From: Mobula hypostoma
Lineage: Eukaryota
Length of the DNA stretch: 64,000 bases
Direction: 5' to 3'
NCBI RefSeq assembly: GCF_963921235.1
Contig: NC_086097.1
Coordinates: 86,368,001 to 86,432,000 of the forward strand
Shown: in pieces, positions 12,623-25,427 of the stretch
How positions within the stretch are numbered: the stretch's first letter is position 1
How the letters are laid out: every line of letters begins with the position of its first letter
Notes under the pieces: model-generated
Databases searched by the model: none
What the model saw: only the letters and a program-made list of their open reading frames with translations
What the model was told of the DNA's origin: nothing
Program-made: the position numbers and the translations under genes

Positions 12623-12702
12623 TTCAGGAGAGGTAAAATGAGGTGATCTAATTGATTCCAAATCCAGGAACTAAGCCTTGATGGAGGGCCTCTGCTAAAC
12701 AT
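12623..12702 (-). CDS. Candidate coding exon of a short unknown peptide
   Basis: ATG at 12702 (A at -3, upstream in-frame stop); MFSRGPPSRLSSWIWNQLDHLILPLL, then donor AA|gtgagt in phase 2, compatible with the candidate exons at 11456 and 8499. Confidence 0.25.
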
Positions 12703-13011
12703 GTTTTCTTTCCATTATATTGGGTATATTCTTCAGATTTTAACCGTTTTTGCTTAGAGCATAATAAATCACATGTTGCTGCAAATTATAATGGTGAAAA
12801 CAGTAGGCAAGTGCTTAAAACATCTGGGTGTCATTCCTCCAATCACTTTTGAATGGAGCATTAAAACATTTAAATTTTAACATTTCTAGTAGAGTTTAAT
12901 GGAAGTTCATCAATGGCAATAGTAATTTCTCAAGTTTATTTTACTCAAAGAAAAAGGCTATTTTAGTTTGTTGGATGCAAATATTTCAGAATGCAAACGT
13001 TAAACAGATAA

Positions 13012-13300
13012 TTTTATTTATTTAGAAATACAGTGTGGAATGGGCCTTTCTGGCCCCAACGAGATGCATCACCCAGTAACCCACCGATATAGCACGAGTC
13101 TAATCACAGCACAATTTACAATGAACAATTAACCTACTAACCAGTATATCTTTGGACTGTGGGAGGAAACTGGAGCACCCATACGGGGTCTACAGGAGTA
13201 TGTACAAACTCCTTACAGACGGCGTCAGAATTGAACTCTGAACTCCAGAACATCCCAAGCCATAATAACATTGCGCTAACCGCTACACTACTCTGGCGCC
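13012..13300 (-). mobile_element. V-SINE (HE1-like)
   Basis: Same V-domain, head and tail as 9422-9713. Confidence 0.85.
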
Positions 13301-13444
13301 TGAAAGGGTGAGAAATTTAAATGCAGCATTTTTCCAGCTTGAGATACTGGTGTCAATCTCCCAAACAATGCTTTAAAAAGCTTTAAAATATTTATTGGCA
13401 CCAGTTCCAAAATTGCGCTAGGAAGCTCCACATGCAACAGCGCT

Positions 13445-14726
13445 CAATAGACAATAGACAATAGACAATAGGTGCAGGAGTAGGCCATTCAAGCCCTTCG
13501 AGCCAGCACCACCATTCACTGTGATCATGGCTGATCATCCACAATCAGTACCCTGTTCCTGCCTTCTTCCCATATCCCTTGACACTGCTATCTTTAAGAG
13601 CTCTATCTAACTCTTTCTTGAAAGAATCCAAAGAATTGGCCTCCACTGCCTTCTGAGGCAGAGCATTCCACAGATCCACAACCCTCTGTGTGAAAAAGTT
13701 CTTCCTCAACTCCGTTCTAAATGGTCTACCCCTTATTCTTAAACTGTGGCCTCTGGTTCTGGAGTCCCCCAACACTGGGAACACGTTTCCTGCCTCTAGC
13801 ATGTCCAATCCCTTAATAATCTTATATGTTTCAATCTGATCCCCTCTCATCCTTCTAAATTCCAGTGTGCACAAGTCCAGTTGCTCCAATCTTTCGACAT
13901 ATGACATTCCCACCATCCCTGGAATTAACCCAGTGAACCTACACTGCACTCCCTCCATAGCAAGAATGTCCTTCCTCAAATTTGGAGACCAAAACTGCAC
14001 ACAATACTCCAGGTGGGGTCTCACCAGGGCCTTGTACAACTGCAGAAGGACCTCTTTGCTCCTATACTCTACTCCCCTTGTTATGAAGGCCAGCATACCA
14101 TTAGCTTTCTTCACTACCTGCTGTACCTGTATGCTTACTTTCAGTGACTGATGAACAAGGACACCCAAATCTCATTGTACTTGCCCTTTTCCTAACTTGA
14201 CATCATTCAGATAGTAATTTGTCCAAGTCACCGTGTATTCTCATAACACCCTCCTCACATTTCACACTGTCACCCAGCTTTGTGTCATCTGCAAATTTGC
14301 TAATGTTACTTTTAATTCCTTCATCTAAATCATTAATGTGTATTGTAAATAGCTACGGTCCCAGCACTGAGCCTTGTGGTACCCCACTAGTCACTGCCTG
14401 CCAATCTGAAAAGGACCCGTTAATCCTTACTCTTTGTTTCCTGTCTGCCAACCAATTTTATGTCCATGTCAGTACCCTACCCCCAATACCATGTACTCTA
14501 ATTTTGCCCACTAACCTCCTATGTGGGACCTTATCAAAGGCTTTCTGAAAGTCCAGGTACACTACATCCACTGGTTTTCCCATGTCTATTTTCATAGTTA
14601 CATCCTCAAAAAATTCCAGAAGATTAGTCAAGCATGACTTCCCCTTCGTAAATCCATGCTGACTCGGACCTATCCTGCTACTGCTATCCAAGTATGCTAC
14701 TATTTCATCTTTTATAACTGACTCCG
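13445..14726 (-). mobile_element. 5'-truncated CR1 LINE with (TCTATTG)n tail
   Basis: ORFs 13545-14168 and 14458-14691 (QHGF, DFQKAFDKVPH, LVRPHLEYCVQFWSP); (caataga)n at 13445-13470. Confidence 0.95.
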
Positions 14727-14829
14727 TTTTAGTAGAGTTTGATGAAGCAGTTGAAGATAGTTAAAGCCTAGGGCTTGCCAAAGCAACTCCTGTAGGACAA
14801 TGCTAGGAGGTGATCCTGCACGAAATTCT

Positions 14830-16480
14830 AGATAATTGATGTCCAGCAGACATGATTCTTTTTCTTAAGCAAAGGAAGACTCAGATCACTGGAGTGTTGA
14901 AATCCAATGACTTTACCAGGAGTCACTAATGCCACATTGATCAAATGTTGCCCTGATGTCAACACACTCACTTCATCAATGGAATTTGGCTCTCTAGTCC
15001 ATTCTGTGTTGTGGTCTCGAAAGAAGTAAACAAACCCTAATTCTGCACCTGTGAGGGTGTTACTGGTGAGTAAATAGCAGTTGATAGCATTGTTGACAAT
15101 GGCTTTCATTACTTTACTGATGAATGAAAGTAGTCTGATTAAGCAGTTATAAACCTTACGAGATCTTCTCCTGCTTCTGTTTTTGAAAAAGCCAGACAAT
15201 CTCTTGGCAGATTCATACGACCATATATTATAGACTGTTGGCATGGACAAGATATCCTTTATGTTCTACTTCATCCATGTCCAACGCCGATGCCTATTTT
15301 CCCTTAATCCCATTTGCCTGTAATAAGTCTGCATCTTCCTATATCTTTGCTAGACAAGTATCTGTAGAAATGCCTTTTAAACATTGTAATTGTTTAGTTC
15401 ACCTCCTTACCTCCCCTTGCAGCTCATTCCAGATAAACACTGCCCTCTGTGTGTAGAAACTTATCCCTTGGATCACATTTAAATTCCTCTCCTCTCACCA
15501 GCTCTAGACTCTCCTGCTCTGGGAATAAGAAGTATCCCATCTATGCCCTAATAATATAGTCAACCTTAATAAGGTCACTCCTGAGTTGCCTATTTTCCTG
15601 TGAGAATAAACCCAATCCATCCAGTCTCTCCTTATGATTACAGCCCTACATTCCAGGCACCATCCTGGTGAAGCTATTCTAAACTCTCTCTACTGCTACT
15701 ACCATATTGTTCCTAATGCAATATCGCCAGATAAATAGGAGCATTGTAACTGGAGCATTAATAAACTCACAACTAGTTCTGGAGCACGTCTACAGTATTA
15801 CAGCTGAGATATTGTGTGGTCCCATAGACTTTGCAGAATCTAGTGCTTCTGGGCGTTTCTTGAAATCATGTGCATCAAATTGCTGGTCAGACTTCTGTGA
15901 TGGTGTGATCCCAGGAGGGCACTGTGATAGGGCATCCATTAAGCACTTGCAAAGTAATTTGGTACAGAAAAAAAAATAGTTTTGTATGCCATCCATACAG
16001 ATCCTTACAACAGTGCCTTAAGGCTATACAAGGGAGTATAATGATAGAGAGCAGAATAGAGAGAAAGTGCAGTTCAGGCAAGCATTAAGTGTAGGGCTAC
16101 AACAACGTAGATTGTGAGTTTAAGAGTCCACCAGGGGACTTCTCACCCTATGCAATTGAATATTTTCAACTTTCTGTTTAATACTCATAAATGGGGCCCT
16201 GTCATCACTGATCACAGGGACGTTCTTGGAGCCTTGCCCCCTTGGTGGCTGTTTAGTTGTCTACCACAACCATTGATGACCAGATGTGATAGAATGGCAG
16301 AGCTTTGATCTCATCCATTGGTTGCATACTGTTCTTTTTTACATTTAGCATGCAAGTAGTCCTATGTTTCAGCTTCTGTGAGGTGGTATCTCTGAGGTGG
16401 TTTGGCTTGTGGTGTTGCTGCCATGAACTTCTCCAGAGTCGTTGAACCAGGGTTGATTTCTTAGCCTGATTGTAACATCA
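14830..16480 (-). mobile_element. Old degenerate CR1-group LINE fragments, with a separate CR1 3' piece at ~15240-15720
   Basis: ALDSAKSMGPHNISAVIL and IRLLSFISKVMKAIVN in the ORF track. Confidence 0.6.
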
Positions 16481-17049
16481 GAGTGAAGGAGGACTGCCAG
16501 TGAGTGTAAGTGGAAGATGAGTTGGTGGCTTTGGTGGAGAGCGATTGATGAGATGTCGCCTGGAATTCTGAAGGTAGATTAGCAGAGATCGCGGATTGGA
16601 AGAAATGTGGGCATCAATGGGGGCTGTGAGAGTTATTGGCAGAAATGATGGGCATTTGGGAGGCTATGGAGTGATTGAGAGAATAGGAAGAGATTTGGTA
16701 GAGTCAATGTCATCTGAAATATGGTGTCATTTCAATAGGTTTACAATTGATCCAAGTACATTGAACATAGATTCAGGTAGATTGACAGTTTTGCAGTCAC
16801 GTAGAATTTTAAAATATCTCCAGTTGCTGGTTCCTCCACACAAATCTATTCTTCCTGATTTGTGCATGATATCGAGGAGAGTATTTTTTTGTTAAAATAA
16901 ATGTGCACTCATGCACCAAAAAATACTTCTCCATTCATAAGGAAGCATACTTAATGTTTAGGAAGCAAAGTAACCATGAAGATGCAAAGATCATAAGAAT
17001 ACAGTATGATTCAGAATTAGCTTGCCCACAGAAGCCAGAGGGTTGTATT

Positions 17050-17882
17050 AGATGGAATATATTCTGCCTAGAGTTTGGTGACTAGTGGTGCACCACAGGG
17101 ATCTGTTCTGAGGCCCCAGCTCTTTGTGATTTTAATATTTGATTTGTATGAAGAAGTGGAAGGATAGGTTAGTACGTAAGTGTGTAGATGACACGAAGAT
17201 TGGAAATGCTGTGGATAGTGTTGAAGGTTGTCGTTGGTTACAATAGGATATAGGGCGTGATGCAGAAGAGGATAGAGAAGTGGCAAATGGAGTTCAATGT
17301 GGAAAAGTGATACACTTTAGAAGATCAAACTCGAAGGTGGAGCACAAGGTTGACAGCAGGACTCTCAGCAGTGTGGAGGACCAGAGGGACCTTGATGTCC
17401 ACGTCCATAGATCTCTCTGTGTAGAGTGCTGCCGCCCGGATTAGAGAGACTGTTTTATGAGGAAACGTTGATCGAGCTTGGGTTTTTCTCTCGGAGCAAT
17501 AGATGATGAGCAGTGACTTGATAGAGGTGTATAAGATTATGAAAGGCATAGACAGCGAGAACAGACATCACTTCTTTCCCAGCGTGGCAATCCAATACCA
17601 AAGGACATCTGTTTAAGGAAAGTTTAAGAGATTTGTTAAAGGTAAGTTTTTTTTACACAGAGAGTGGTGGTGCTTAGAACACCCTGCTGGAGATGATGGT
17701 AGAGGCTGATACAATTGGGACATTTAAAAGATTCTTAGGCACATAGATGTAAATCACAACAGAGAGTTATGAGCTGTGTAGGAGGGAAGGGTTAGATGGA
17801 TTGTGGAGTAAGTTTATATTGGTCAGCACAACATTGTGGGCCAAAGGGTCTGTACTGCGCTGTACCGTTCTATGTTGTATGT
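17050..17882 (+). mobile_element. Degenerate CR1 LINE 3' half
   Basis: VTSGAPQGSVLRPQLFVI, DDTKIG, WQMEFNVEK; CR1 3' end ...ctgtaccgttctatgttgtatg. Confidence 0.85.
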
Positions 17883-18009
17883 GGGTATTGTTACCACCCT
17901 TCATGACCTGAGACTACCAAGAGGAGCTCTACACTCAATGTAATGTCAGGGTGTATTTATTAAAGAGCAAAGAATATTTTAATGATAACAATTTGATAAT
18001 CAGTTTCTG

Positions 18010-18190
18010 TGCATTGATTGAGAGATAAATATCATTCATGTCACTAGGTCTAACTCCTATACCCTTTCTTTAAGTGGTGCCATTGTATCTTTGATGCAGT
18101 GTATCAGTGAACAGCCAGGGACTTGGCTCAGAGACTAGCCTGAAAGATAGCCCCCAAATCATAGAACACCCCCTCAGTACTGCACTGTCA
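18010..18190 (-). mobile_element. Deu-SINE (SacSINE1/AmnSINE1-like) remnant
   Basis: Minus strand cagtgcagtactgagggggtgttct...aaagatacaatggcacc...atatttatctctcaatcaa resembles the Deu domain as recalled. Confidence 0.55.
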
Positions 18191-19249
18191 CGCTGGCCTG
18201 GATTCTGTGGTCAAGTCAGGCACAGGGGCATTTCCTGGTATCCACAACTCTCTGGTTCAGGCAAGCTCGCCACACCACAGACCCACAGTCTGCACAGAAC
18301 GTGCTCACAAACTCAGCAGCATAGCAACGAACAGAGAAATTTCTGTGGCACGTTTGAAGAGTGTTGACTGGCTAGGTGTGGCAAGGGTGTCTGTTGCGCT
18401 GATGCATTGTGATACAGTTTCTGAACTCAGTCTCTCTGAATAATAATGGGGCGGTATTGAGTAGCAATTTACTTCTCACTACATGATGCTGTCACGTAAA
18501 TCATCCATTTGCTAACTGCCAGGAAGAGGATCTGTCAGTTCATTCAAGCAATAGCTCCTTCCTCTCCCTTCTGCTTTCCCTGAATTCCTGAGCTCTCACG
18601 ATGCTTAATTAAGACTTCTGCCTCTCCCTTCCTCTCAAATTTATTTTCTACACTGAGTTGACTGTTAAAGAGATTTTTGTTGAGTGAAGCATCACTCTGC
18701 ATAAAGGATAACAATGCTGAGAACTGTAATGAAAGCCTTTTGTTATTGTAATTTTTTAAAACACAATCACTGTGGAGTGCAACTTCTGATTTTGTTTCAA
18801 TTTGCTGTTTAGTGAGCTGGATATTAAGGCATTAATCAGCAATGTAGCACAGCTATGTAGTCAATTCATTTTGGCATCTCTCTCTATACCCTTTTTTCTC
18901 CATCTCACAAAAATTTTAGTAGGCAAAGAAGCAAACTCACGCAAGACGAAATTACACTACCTGCTGATTTTTGGTCCTTTTCATTCGGAATCAAATGCAT
19001 TGTAGTTGGGAATTTTTTCCACTTCAGAGCATTACACTGATGTAAGGGAACATCACACTCTCTTTTCTAGTTCCCAACCATCAGTCTCATCACATAGGTC
19101 AAACAGAAATGTACTCTCAGTGGATTCAAATGTTTAAGCACAGGATCACAAGATAATTAAAAATAGGGCAGATATGCAGCCCAACAAACCTTCTCTGTCA
19201 TGAAATATGTTGCAATTTGACTCAATAATTCATTTTCATATCATTTCAG

Positions 19250-20210
19250 TAACTGCAGACAACACGAAAATTCCTTGAATCTTAAGTAGCACAGAAGGTT
19301 GTCGAAGAATACAGCTAGAAAAGTGGATGGAGCAGTGGCAGATGGAATTTAATCCAAATAGGCATGAGGCAAGGAGTGATATAAGAATGCAGATGCTGGA
19401 ATCTGGAGCAACAAACAAGGTGCTTGAGGACTTTGGTGGGTTAAACAGTTTCTCTGGAGGGCAATGGGCAGTTGATGTTTTGGATTGGGACCCTTCATCT
19501 GCAAGGGAAGTGAAATTCTGATAGGACATACAGCAGGGACCTTAGAGGCAATGATGTACGTTGATGTCGGGTGCAAGCCCACAGCTCACTTAAAGTGGTG
19601 ACACAGGTGGATAGGGTAAAAAAAAAGCATTTGGTATGCTTGCCTTCTGTCACCTGAAACATCGAGTTCAAAAGTTGAAAGGTCATGTTGCAGCTGTATG
19701 AAGCATTGGTTAGACTACATTTGGAGAAATGTGTACAGTTCTGGTTGCCACATTTTGGGAAGAATATGGTAGCAAAAGACAGTGCAGAAGCGATTTACCT
19801 CGATGTTGTTGCAAAGGAGGGTTATAGTTATAAGGAGATTTGGATAGGCTGGGTTTCTTCTCACTGGAGACCTTGTAGAGGTTTATAAAATTATAAATAT
19901 ACATGGAATAGATAGATAAAGTCTTTTTCACAGTCTGTGGGAGTATAGAGTGACTAGGCACAGATTTAAGGTGACAGAGGAGAAAAAAGATTTGAGGGGC
20001 AGATTCTTTCACACAGGGGTTATGAATATCTGGAATAAACTACCAGAGGAGGTGGTAAATGCAAATATAATTACAGTGTTTAAAATATGTTTAGACAGAT
20101 GCTTGGCTAGGAAAGGCAAAGAGTGATATGGGCCTAATACAGGTTAATGGTTTAGCATTGATCGGCATCACATTGGGCAAGGAAGAGGGCTGATAAGTTG
20201 CATGATTCTA
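19250..20210 (+). mobile_element. Degenerate CR1 LINE with a Penelope-like terminal fragment inserted at ~19383-19502
   Basis: EQWQMEFNP and LVRLHLEKCVQFWLP; insert begins aatgcagatgctggaatctgg and ends gggacccttcatctg. Confidence 0.8.
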
Positions 20211-21039
20211 AGGTTCTTCTGTAAATCAAATGAATCATTTGTTCTACTTAGGATAGCTTTCCCTCCTAATTGATGTGTGTGTACCTACAGCTGCCGAATC
20301 CAAACCCCCTACACATTCACCACCACCACCTAGCGCCACCCCCACACCCAGCACTACCCCCCCAACTACCCCACAAGTCATGCCGTTGCCTTCCTACCTG
20401 CATTCTCTTACTGCAGGGTTTAATCTCCCATGTCAAATTGTCAGTCATACCTCTTGTGAATACCTAGCCAGGAGCTCCTAAAGCCGACTTCTCTGATAGT
20501 TGCTGACATTTAATTTCTCTGATAGTTGTGAAGGATTTGGCTTGTTTGTTCATACAACAGCTTGAGTTCCAGGTAGGGGATGGGAAGAGTGTGTTATGAC
20601 ATTAGCCCAACCCACCCCTCTTCCCTTCTAAGTACCTGTCCAAAGCCTTTTAAACATCAAAAACTATAAATGCCATCTGCAGAGGAGCATCAGGTGAGAA
20701 ACATCAGGGAATGCTGATATTGTGGCTGGGGAACTGACATTTCAGAATACAGCTTCAAAGGAATAAGGGGAAAGAGTGATTTTGTACTGGGAAAGTGATT
20801 TTGCGCAGTGTAAATTCAGCATTCAGGATACAGGCCTGGGGGGTGGTGGTGGTGGGGTTTAAACTGCACTGGTTCCCTCTCTGAACCCATAGTTCTGCTG
20901 GCACAGAAAACCACCCAAATGGCCCTTTCTATGTCTGCCCACATTAATGAGAAGGTGAGGTCCACTGCAAGAAAATGGGTCTCACCTCTCACTTTGGAGA
21001 AGCAGGAGCGAGATCTGTGTGTAAAGGGGCAACCATTGA

Positions 21040-21850
21040 AAAGAACAACTTTCGTTGCATCTAAACTTCACTTGGGCTAATATAAAGAACTGAGGTTTGA
21101 GCAGAGTGGGAGCGGCCATTGTTGGAGTAGATACGTTTATAGTGGGAAACTGAGGCTTGAGAGGCTGTGGCAAGGAAGCAAAGGTAAGCAGCAAGTAAGA
21201 ACAGTAAGGTTATTCTTTCATGGTCATTAACCTAAACAATATCAAATTACAACTGATTAAATAAAGTAAGGATACAGGATCAGGTGATGTGTTGGAGCTG
21301 GTAGACACTATTGTGGTTCCTGATGACCACACCTGCAGCAAATGTTGGCTGCTCAGAGAACTCAGGCTCAAAGCTGATGACCTGGAACCTGTGCTTCAAA
21401 CACTGTGATGCATCAGAGAGGTGGAGAGTTACCTGGACACTGTGCTTCAGGAGGTAGTCATACCCACTAGGTTAACTGCTTCAAATTCGGTCTGTAGCCA
21501 GGGACAAGAGGGTGTGATTGCGAGTGAGGCAGCTTGGGAATCCAAGCTGTAGCACTGGAGGAGCCTTAGCCCTAACCTTGCCCAACAGGTCGAAGATTGC
21601 TCCTCCCTGTGATGATGAGAATGGGATTTGTAGGAAGGATAAGCAACTGAACCATGGCACTGTGCTTTAGGGAGCCACTCAACAGGAGGAGAGAAGAGAT
21701 ATGTAGTTATAATTGGGATAGTATAGTCAAGGTAATAGATAAAATTCTCTGTCACAAGGACTGAGAGTCCCGAAGGCTGTGTTGATTGCCTAATGCCCGG
21801 ATTCGGAACATCTCATATGACCTGAAGAGGAACTTGGAAGATGCTCGACA
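21040..21850 (+). mobile_element. Degenerate CR1 5' region (ORF1 zinc-finger and esterase remnants)
   Basis: HTCSKC near 21330; VIIG/DSIV near 21710; LPNARIR near 21790; parallels ORF1 at 34703-35460. Confidence 0.65.
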
Positions 21851-21969
21851 GCTGTGGCAGGGCTTGAATTCTATCACCTCCTACAAAGCAAAACCAAGAA
21901 AAATATGTGACAACAAGGTTTGGCTCCCAGATGAATTCAGTGAGTTTTATGCCCGCTTTGTCTGACAGA

Positions 21970-22214
21970 GTTGGGCACGTGGCCAAGTGGTTAAGGCGTT
22001 CATCTAGTGATCTCAAGGTCACTAGTTCGAGCCTCAGCTGTGGCAGTGTGTTTGTGCCCTTGAGCAAGGCACTTAATCACACATTGCTCTAGTGTCTGTG
22101 CAAGGACTGGTGCCCCACATAGACTTCCAATCTGCACCTTGTAAGGCATGAAAGTGCCTGACGCAGGCCTCTCATGGTCTGAGTCGACGTTCCCTCCCCC
22201 CTCCCCTCCCCTGA
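21970..22214 (+). mobile_element. tRNA-derived SINE with CORE-like body and (CCCCT)n tail
   Basis: A box TGGCCAAGTGG; B box GTTCGAGCC; gtgcccttgagcaaggcacttaa; TSD CTGACAGA at 21962-21969 and 22215-22222. Confidence 0.85.
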
Positions 22215-22339
22215 CTGACAGAACATGGAGGTATCTTCAAGAACTCTCCAACCCCCGACGACACTGTGATTTCATTCTCTGAGAGCATCCTTTAGGAGGA
22301 TCATCCCAGTACAAGTAACTAGCCCAAACAGCGTGCCTG

Positions 22340-23912
22340 ACTGAGTACTGAGGACCTGTGTTAATCAACTGGATGGAGTGCTTACTGACCCCTTGCCTTG
22401 GCAGTCTGAGAGATAGATAGATAGATATACTTTATTAATCCTGAGGGAAATTTGGTTTCGTTACAGCGAACCCATGAGATAATCCATCTGCTTCAATCAT
22501 GTTTCAGTTTTATCGGTGCCCAAGAAGAAAGTGGTAACCTGCTTCAATGATTATTGTCCAGTGAGCACTTACATCCACTGTGATGAAGTGCTTTGAGAGA
22601 TTGATCATGAAGTATATCAGCTCCTGCCTGAGAAGTGACTTGGATTCACTCTAATTTGCCTACTGTCACAATAGGTCCACAGCAGATAGCATTTCATAGC
22701 TCTTCACTCAGCTCTGGAGCATCTGGATAGTGAAGATGCATACATCAGGATGCTCTTCATGGACTATAGCTCAGCATTCAATACTGTCATCCCCTCAAAA
22801 CTAATCAATAAGTTCCAAGACCAAGAACTCAATACCTTCTTGTACAACTGCTCCTTGATTCCCTCAGTTGCAGACCTCGGTCAGCTTAAATTGGCAACAC
22901 CAGTACAGGTGCACCACAAGGCTGTGTGCTTAGCCCTGTTGCTCTGCTTGCTTTATAGTTATGACAGTGAGGCTAAGTACAGCTCCAATGTCATATTTAA
23001 GTTTCTGACATCACCACCGCTGTTGGCCAAATCAAAGGTGATGACAAATCAGCATATAGGAAGAGATTGAAAATGTGGCTGAATGGTGCCACAAACAACT
23101 TTTCACTCAGCATCAGTATGAACCAGTCCTCATTAGGATATTGAAAGTGGAAAATGTCAGTAGCTTTACATTTCTTGGTATTATCATATTAGAGGATCTG
23201 TTCTGTGACCAGCACGTAAGTGCCTTTACAAAGAAGGCATGGCAACTGCCCCACTTTCTTTGAAGTTTGCGCAGATTTGGCATGTCATCTAAAACTTTGA
23301 CAAACTTCTATAGATATACAATGGAGAGTATCCTGACTGGTTGCAACACAGCTTGAAACACCCATGCCCAAGAATGGAAAAGCCTAAAAAATAGTGGTGG
23401 ATACAGCCCAGTCCATCACAGGAAAAGCCCTCCCAACAACTGAGCACATCTACAAGGTGTCCTGCCACAAGAAAGCAGCATCCATCATGAAGAACCCCCA
23501 CCATCCAGGTCATGCTCTCTTCTTGCAGCTGCCATCGGGAAAGAGATATAGCTCCTACACCATCTAGTTCAGGAACCCTTCAACCATCAGGATCCCAAAA
23601 CAATGTGGATAACTTCATTCACCTCAACTCTGAATTGTTTCCGCAACCCATAGACTCAATTTCAAGGACTCTACGACCCATATTCCTTAGTATTATTTAC
23701 TTCCTATTTATTATATTATTATTTGATTATTTTTTATTTGCATTGATTGTCTTCTTTTTCACATTTGTTGTTTGTCAGACTTTGTGTGTAGATTTTCACT
23801 GATTCTATTGTATTTCATTGTTCTGCGGTGAATGCCTGCAAGCTTTATGAATAGCCCGGATGTATATGGTGATATATACATACTTCGATAATAAATTTAC
23901 TTTGAACTTTGA
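22340..23912 (+). mobile_element. Degenerate Rex1/Babar LINE (RT to 3' end), with a short (AGAT)n LINE tail inserted at ~22411-22478
   Basis: [19 protein letters not shown] (ORF 22750); HPGHAL; 3' end aataaatttactttgaactttg. Confidence 0.85.
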
Positions 23913-24264
23913 AGATAACTACAGAAGAGCTGGCCTAAGTTGATTGGAAGGATACACTAGCAGAATGACATTACAGCAATAGTGGCTGGAGTTTCTACGA
24001 GTAATACAGAAGATGCAGGGTAGGTTCACTGCAAAGAAAAGGAAGCATTCTGAAGGGAGAATGAGGCAACCATGGATGACAAAGGAAGTCATAGACAACA
24101 TGAAAGCTAAAGAGTGGACATACATTGCAGCAAAAATTGGTGGAAAGTGAAAGGATTGGGAAGCTTTTAAAAACCAATAGAAGGCAACTTAAAAAAAATC
24201 TATGACAGAAAAAATGAAATATGAAGCTAAGCTACCATAATAATATAAAAGAGGATATCTAAAG

Positions 24265-25427
24265 CAGGGGTCCCCAACCCTTTTTTGCACTGCGGACCGT
24301 TTTATTATTGACAATATTCTTGCGGACCAGCCGACCGGGGGGTGGGGGAAGGGGTAGGATTGCCAATGGATAAGAGTAGCAGTCAAATACGTTGTGTTTA
24401 CCCCGAGAAAGACTACAATGACCAAGAAGCCTTGCGCAGGCACCAGTGCCCATGTGTGTACGTGTCAATATTTTCTACAAATCGTTTTTGGCAATTCTGT
24501 TGGGAGGGGGGTGTTAATCACGACCGGAATATAGGTGATAAGAGACTAATACACTCAATTTCATTTCTAAAAGGGTTTATCTAACAAAGTGAATATTAAA
24601 CACACAGCGCATATTTTCCTCGCATGAATATAGCGATAAGTCAATTATCAGGGAAGGACAGAGGAGCTTGAAGTAAGTGTTGAACGAACTTCCAGTAGAA
24701 GTGGTAGAGGCAAGTTCGATATTATCATTTAAAGAAAAATTGGATAGCTATATGGACAGGAAAGGAATGGAGGGTTATGGGCTGAGTGCAGGTCGGTGGG
24801 ACTAGGTGAGAGTAGCATTCGGCACGGACTAGAAGGGCAGAGATGGCCTGTTTCCGTGCTGTAATTGTTATATGGTTATATAAGTCACTTATAAGTCAAT
24901 AGAATCGGAATCAGAATCAGAATCCTTTATTATTACCAAGTATGTGGACACATACAGGGAATTTGATGCTGGTTTCCCTGAGCTCTCGCTGTACAGAATC
25001 AAAAAACAGACAAAACAATAGCGCAAATAATCGTGAACTATACACAATGAGGTATACCTGTGTATGTACAGGCGGACTTCGTTTATAATAGACTAAAATT
25101 CAAATGTTCATAAGACTGATGGCATATGGAAAGAAACTGTTCTTGTACCTATTTGTATCATAACATTTGCATCATAGCATCATAATGTTAGGATATTTAG
25201 CCTTGACTTTGATCCAGAATGCCGGCAGAGATGTTATGTCATACGTACTTTTCAGCCCACCATCATTTGCAAGCTCGAGGAGTTGATCTCCTTCCCGCGC
25301 TGACATGGATGATGCGCGGGTAATGACCTCAGGTGCGTTCAAGCTCAACAGTGGGCGTGACAGGGAATGAGGAAAAGTGCAGCTGACTCATATCATTTCC
25401 TCACGGCCCGGTGGTTGGGGACTGCTG
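24265..25427. mobile_element. hAT-Charlie-type non-autonomous DNA transposon
   Basis: TIRs CAGGGGTCCCCAACC / GGTTGGGGACTGCTG; perfect 8-bp TSD ATCTAAAG (24257-24264 and 25428-25435). Confidence 0.92.

Noticed and set aside
21973..22045. tRNA gene
   Set aside because: No clean cloverleaf or acceptor stem; continues into a SINE body and is flanked by a TSD
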